A stretch of 63,458 nucleotides of DNA, counting the filler, from Klebsormidium nitens (Eukaryota > Plantae > Klebsormidiophyceae), in the NCBI GenBank assembly GCA_000708835.1. It is 8 parts of 8 records of this genome, joined end to end, with 100 filler letters (N's around TTAATTAATTAA, not from the genome) between each part and the next. Parts side by side here need not be neighbours in the genome. Positions count along the whole stretch, not along the records: positions 61,384 to 63,458 come from DF238747.1; 7 more parts are not named here. One strand, 5' to 3'. Within the stretch, counting starts at the first letter, position 1. Each line of letters opens with the position of its first letter. This document shows, in pieces, positions 61,612 through 63,458 of this stretch. The translations under genes and the position numbers were made by a program. The notes beneath the pieces are model-generated. The model did no database searches. It was not told where the DNA came from and worked only from the letters and a program-made list of their open reading frames with translations.

Positions 61612-62732
61612 GAGTATGCTCTTAACCAAGCCGAGCGCGAGCTGCTGCACGATCGGCTAGGGCTCTCCGGAATCGGACAGCTGCTCGAAGCACTCCCCGA
61701 AGACCACCCTTACTGCCGAGAGCAGAACGCACTTGGCTGCTATCCCCTCCCCGGTTGGGAGCAGAAACGGCCCATGCGGCAGTACCTGCCGTTTGAAGAT
61801 GAGCTTGGTCGGGCAGTCGAGAGCAGCGAGGAGCACCGCTGTAAGAGCGGTCTCACTGTCGCGGAGTTTGATGCCAAGGTTGCGGCGGCCAAGAGCGAAA
61901 AGCAAGGGAAGCGGCTGCAGAAGCATACGAAGGGGGGCTTCGTGTTCTGCTGCTCTCACAGGGTCGTTTATGGTTTCCACACGATGCTGCGGGGAGAGTC
62001 TCCTCGTGATCCTTTCGCGGTGTTGTACACCCGCCTACATCGGCACAACCTCCCTTCCTTCCTGTTCTACGACAACGCCTGCAAGCTGCGATCGTACAGC
62101 ATGCGGCGTGAGCCTGCATTCTTTGCTGACGTAAGGTTTCTCGTCGACCGGTAAGTGTGTAAACAGCAATACGTCCATGTTTTCGAGTTGTTCGTTGATC
62201 TAGAACAAGATAATCAACCTTTCCAGGGTAACTTTGGGCGTCATTCTGCCACTTGCTGTCCGTGTCCAAGCTGTCCTAGTTTTGCCAGATTCTGGGAGCC
62301 CGGTTTGATGACGTCGGCAACCGGCCCGTGTTCAAGTGTTTAAGCTTTTACCACTGAGACTTTCTGGGATCCCGTTTCTGATGACGTCAGCAACCGTCCC
62401 TTGTCCAAGCCGTCCAATTTTGCGCGTACAGGTTCCACTTCCAGAAGACCGGCGCTGAAGGCCACAAGTGTGGGGCAGCATTCAACCCAGACTATTACGA
62501 CGCTGTGCGCTGGGTTAACACTTCAGCGGTGGAGAGCGTCAACTCCTTCTTGATCAAGTTCAAGGTGCTAGGTTGGTTTAGTGGTCTCTAGGCGTTCATG
62601 ATCATCCTAGCTAACGTAGTGAGCGGGCGCAACGCAGAATTGACACGTGTTGATGACCAGAAGATTAAATTCGCTGGCAGAGTTGATTTATGGTCGCCGG
62701 CAGTTCGCGCAGCTCTCTTATACTGGTGTTGA
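61612..62732 (+). mobile_element. KDZ (Kyakuja-Dileera-Zisupton)-type transposase gene fragment, with an intron and an in-frame stop
   Basis: GGFVFCCSHRVVYGFH...GESPRD...FYDNACKL...REPAFF...VDR|FH...GHKC...NTSAVESVNS. Intron 62151-62431; TAG at 62589-62591. Confidence 0.8.
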
Positions 62733-63458
62733 TTGATAGCTAATGAGCTTCCCGCGAGCGTGTGGGGAGCTATCGTTCATGAGGGGGTGAAGGAAAAGGA
62801 GTTAGGACACCTCTTTCATATACTTGATAATGATATATAATAGCATGATTGCACTGCACACTCTCAAATCTCTGGCACCACGGACACCTTCGCACTTGTT
62901 TTCGAGTCGTAGGAATCCATTTTTCAAAAACCCCTCAAAATAGCGAGCGGTCGAGGTGTCAAGGCGTCATGGTGCATCTAGTGATTCGTCAGGAGACCTT
63001 CAAGTATCTTCTTTTCATAGGGTAGACAGTAAAGCACGTTTGTAACGAACGGGCTTTTGGTTAAGCCTAACCGCACGTCGTTACGAGAATAACCCCTGTG
63101 TTAAGCGATTATGTCAGGTTGCGACGTATGAGCACAGTATTGATGTGACGTAGTTAATGCTAGGTGATTAATTACGCCGCCGAATAGTTCGTAGAGTGCA
63201 AGATAAGTATGCTGAGTCATTGATGTGACTGCATGATCTTGCAAGACTATGGCATGACCAGGATTGCTTGGCATGGTGCATGGCGCTCTACTATGTGGTC
63301 GTAGTATGCAGTCCCAGTAAGTAAGCTGTCCTGGACATGACTGGACGCGTGTAACGATTACGACTGGTTAAGCCTAACCTCCTTCTCGACAGGATTTTGT
63401 TGACCGCGAGTTAGCGGAACGGCGGTGGTTACGTCTTAACGACGCACTGCGTAGCTGT

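Overview
This is eukaryotic nuclear DNA, inferred to be from a streptophyte green alga (Klebsormidium-like). The inference rests on TTTTAGGG telomere-type repeats, GT-AG introns, and plant-type PHT2, VTC2 and WRC-domain genes. The window is a concatenation of eight contigs separated by N-TTAATTAATTAA-N linkers, so adjacency across linkers is not evidence of linkage. Host genes: plastid PiT/PHT2 phosphate transporter (3' part absent from the window), mitochondrial ATP synthase beta, Sfp-type phosphopantetheinyl transferase head-to-head with TCAB1/WRAP53, a WRC-domain gene, GDP-L-galactose phosphorylase (VTC2/GGP) preceded by the conserved ACG-initiated regulatory uORF, a CsbD-like gene and a Myb/coiled-coil gene. 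Accessory DNA: (i) a five-exon gene that splices into an unbroken frame of about 1,330 codons encoding an AEP/PrimPol primase, a Zn finger and a UL9-like origin-binding SF2 helicase (a large-DNA-virus type fusion); one ~120-bp repeat family occurs in two of its introns and as an inverted-repeat-bearing tandem array just downstream, and this is the most unusual system here; (ii) an intronless, decaying giant-virus-like block (MSV199-like, Bro-N-like, SF2 helicase, ORFans) with a motif-rich non-coding region; (iii) Crypton-like and KDZ transposase relics, a TSD-flanked SINE candidate and interstitial telomere repeats. All family assignments come from motif recognition by eye, not from database searches.
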